DNA of 26,016 nt from a virus. Taxonomy: Duplodnaviria > Caudoviricetes. How positions within the stretch are numbered: the stretch's first letter is position 1; each line of letters opens with the position of its first letter. Made by a program: the position numbers and the translations under genes. The stretch lies in the IMG/VR virus record IMGVR_UViG_3300023210_000186, positions 1 through 26,016 of that record, one strand, 5' to 3'. The notes beneath the pieces are model-generated. The model made no database searches. It was given only the letters and a program-made list of their open reading frames with translations, and was not told where the DNA came from. Positions 23,819 to 26,016 of the stretch are shown piece by piece.

Positions 23819-25578
23819 ACAACTTTATAGAATGGAATACGCTTAACTTTAAAAAGGACAAAGGACAAGAAAAGATACGCTGTCCTGAGTGCGATAACTC
23901 CAGAACAGACAAAACAGACAAGAGCTTACAGATTAATCACAATGGAGGATATGGTAAATGTCATTACTGTAGTGCTTTAACTTTTAGAGATAAGAACGAA
24001 TACGAGCCAAAGGTAATACTACCTAGTCAAGACTGGCAGAACTTTACTAAACTATCTGAGGGGATGGTTAAATGGGTAGAGAATGAAAGAGCAATAGGAC
24101 AGCACTCACTTATTCAGTTAGGAATAACAGAAGAAAAACAATACCAACCACAACTAAAAAAAGAATGTAGCAATATTGTATTTAATTATTTTGAGGGAGA
24201 TACTGTAGTAAATAAAAAATATAGGTCAGCTCAAAAGAACTTTACACAAACAGCAGGAGGTAAAAGTATATTTTATAATATTAATTCTGTAGTAGGAGAG
24301 TCTGAGGTTTGGATCTTAGAGGGCGAATTTGATGTTTTAGCTCTGCATCACATAGGTATAAAGTCGGCTATAAGCGTTCCTAATGGAGCAAATGACAATG
24401 ACGAATACTGGAAGAACTCCGAGAAGTATTTAAAAGATGTAAAAAAGTTTATTATAGGAGTAGACAACGACACAAAAGGAAATGAGCTAAAGGATAAAAT
24501 AGCACATCGTTTAGGTAGGTGGCGCTGCGAGTTTGTAGAATGGCAGAACAAAGACGCAAACGGAGACTTACAAAAAGGAGTATTAAAACAATCTGTAGTA
24601 AATAGAAATAAGTTTCCAGTAAGTGGAACGGTTACTATTTCAGATTTAAAAAATGAAATATTTGACTTTTATAATAATGGACTACCCGAAACAATTAAAC
24701 CAAAAGCAGAATGTTTTAAAGATATAAACAGCTTTTTTAGTTTAATGCGTGGACATCTTTGTACAGTTACAGGAATACCCTCTCACGGTAAAAGCGAGTT
24801 TACAGAATGGTATGTTATGAACTTAGTAAAAGACTTTAAAATGAAAGCTAGTTTCTTTACTCCTGAACACGCTCCATTTGCACTACATCAAACTAGGTTT
24901 ATTCCCAAAGCAATAGGAAAACCATTTTGGAAAAGTCAAGGCGATAGGATAACTCCTGCTGACATTGAAAGATATGTAACTTGGGCAGACCAAAAAATAT
25001 ACTATACTATGCCAAACTCAGGAGAGGTCGCAGACTGGAATTGGATACTAGATACTTTTAAACAGCAGATGTTTAGCTATGGAGTAGATATATTTGTTAT
25101 AGATGCTTTTAACAAAGTAGTCGGAGCATCTGACAAAAAAGATATAGACGCAGTATTAACTAGGCTTACAATGTTTGCACAAACTAACAATGTTATAATA
25201 ATGTTAATAGCACACCCTACAAAGATGCGAAAGGAGGAGGATAATACTTTTAGCGTTCCTACCCTTTACGATGTTTCAGGTAGCGCAGACTTTAGAAATC
25301 AAACTCACGATGGTTATGTAATACATAGAGACTTTAACGATAACTCTGTAATGTTTCAGAACCTAAAAACTAAGTATAATTTTCAGGGCGATATAGGTAA
25401 GAATTGTTTTCTAAATTATGACATACCTACAGGCAGATATTATACAGCAGGAGGTTATGTTCCTACATTTGATTTAACAAAAGATTTTGATAGTCAAGAA
25501 AAACAACTATCTTTAAAACCAAACGCAGACTTTGACTTTTTACCTAGCGAGGATGAGCTAGAAGATTGCCCATTTTAA
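23815..25578 (+). CDS. Bifunctional primase-helicase (T7 gp4/Twinkle-like)
   Basis: Zn finger CPEC...CHYC; TOPRIM EGEFD, DND, KDAN; Walker A GIPSHGKS; FVID; AHPTK; DVSGS. Confidence 0.92.
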   Translation: MNNFIEWNTLNFKKDKGQEKIRCPECDNSRTDKTDKSLQINHNGGYGKCHYCSALTFRDKNEYEPKVILPSQDWQNFTKLSEGMVKWVENERAIGQHSLIQLGITEEKQYQPQLKKECSNIVFNYFEGDTVVNKKYRSAQKNFTQTAGGKSIFYNINSVVGESEVWILEGEFDVLALHHIGIKSAISVPNGANDNDEYWKNSEKYLKDVKKFIIGVDNDTKGNELKDKIAHRLGRWRCEFVEWQNKDANGDLQKGVLKQSVVNRNKFPVSGTVTISDLKNEIFDFYNNGLPETIKPKAECFKDINSFFSLMRGHLCTVTGIPSHGKSEFTEWYVMNLVKDFKMKASFFTPEHAPFALHQTRFIPKAIGKPFWKSQGDRITPADIERYVTWADQKIYYTMPNSGEVADWNWILDTFKQQMFSYGVDIFVIDAFNKVVGASDKKDIDAVLTRLTMFAQTNNVIIMLIAHPTKMRKEEDNTFSVPTLYDVSGSADFRNQTHDGYVIHRDFNDNSVMFQNLKTKYNFQGDIGKNCFLNYDIPTGRYYTAGGYVPTFDLTKDFDSQEKQLSLKPNADFDFLPSEDELEDCPF

Positions 25579-25601
25579 ACTACATAAAAACAAATAAAAC
25601 T

Positions 25602-25970
25602 ATGAAACTATTAAAACAATGCTCCTTAGATGGAGTAACAAGACGAAAAGACAAGAGCTTAAAGATTTCTTTTATTACAACTATAGAGCAATCCAGTAAT
25701 GAACTAATGGAAATAGATAAGCTACTAGACTCAAACGGAATACTTTACTTTAAAGATAGTGAAGGACTAAGCACAGATGAAATAAACCAAATAGATAAAG
25801 TAGTACTGGATAAACCAAACGGAAAGACTCAGAGCGAAAGACTTAGAAATGTGTTGTATCTTTACTGTAAACAGAAGATAGGTAAAGAACCAACTAAGGA
25901 ACAGTTTGCTGAGTTCTACCAAAAATATACAGAGAAGTATATCCAATATATTAAAGACCAATTAAATTAG
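25602..25970 (+). CDS. Hypothetical protein, 122 aa (start moved to ATG 25602)
   Basis: A-rich leader before MKLLKQCSLDGV; avoids overlap with the helicase. Confidence 0.7.
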   Translation: MKLLKQCSLDGVTRRKDKSLKISFITTIEQSSNELMEIDKLLDSNGILYFKDSEGLSTDEINQIDKVVLDKPNGKTQSERLRNVLYLYCKQKIGKEPTKEQFAEFYQKYTEKYIQYIKDQLN

Positions 25971-25972
25971 AT

Positions 25973-26016
25973 ATGGCAAAAGGAATAGATAAAAAATTAG
26001 ACGATGCTTGGAGCTT
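25973..26016 (+). CDS. 5' end of a CDS (MAKGIDKKLDDAWS...), possibly NinG-like
   Basis: ATG 2 nt after the upstream stop, open to window end; only 14 codons visible. Confidence 0.35.
   Translation, partial: MAKGIDKKLDDAWS

Noticed and set aside
739-25961. Other minus-strand ORFs in the track (e.g. 7169..7666, 13773..14138, 12257..12454, 20147..20386)
   Set aside because: All overlap better-supported + strand genes and show no recognisable motifs.
1-26016. CRISPR array, tRNA, DGR/reverse transcriptase, integrase, intron/intein or stop-codon recoding
   Set aside because: None seen: no spaced repeats, cloverleaf, RT or integrase motifs; genes are intact and tightly packed under the standard code.

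Overview
A 26-kb, AT-rich segment of a tailed dsDNA phage (siphovirus-like), with every credible gene on the + strand. The host is very probably a Bacteroidota/Flavobacteriia bacterium: there are TAnnTTTG-type promoters, A-rich Shine-Dalgarno-less start regions and a DUF3127-like SSB. Order: terminase C-terminus; tail chaperone with a -1 frameshift; tail/baseplate genes; tape measure; protease with nested scaffold; major capsid; tail tube; portal (fused to wHTH and MuF-like domains); head-tail connectors; candidate receptor-binding protein; lysis cassette (holin candidates, M15 endolysin, u-spanin); metallophosphoesterase; then an early/replication module (ERF, exonuclease, DnaA-C HTH, SSB, initiator with internal iterons, primase-helicase). 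The most interesting signals are non-coding and suggest a regulatory layer. (1) A bipartite motif TRTACAASTAA-N11-ACAATAGAYAAT-ATG occurs four times, always ending on an ATG, and looks like a phage late promoter making leaderless transcripts. (2) Its fourth copy runs into an AUG-UAG-initiated ~104-nt structured RNA, with a 7-bp kissing loop, an AGUA/GAA loop-E motif and a terminator, directly before the replication initiator. (3) A ~60-nt promoter-to-terminator sRNA candidate at the late/early boundary is antisense to the start-codon regions of several early genes. Functional calls come from motif recognition by eye; no database searches were run.
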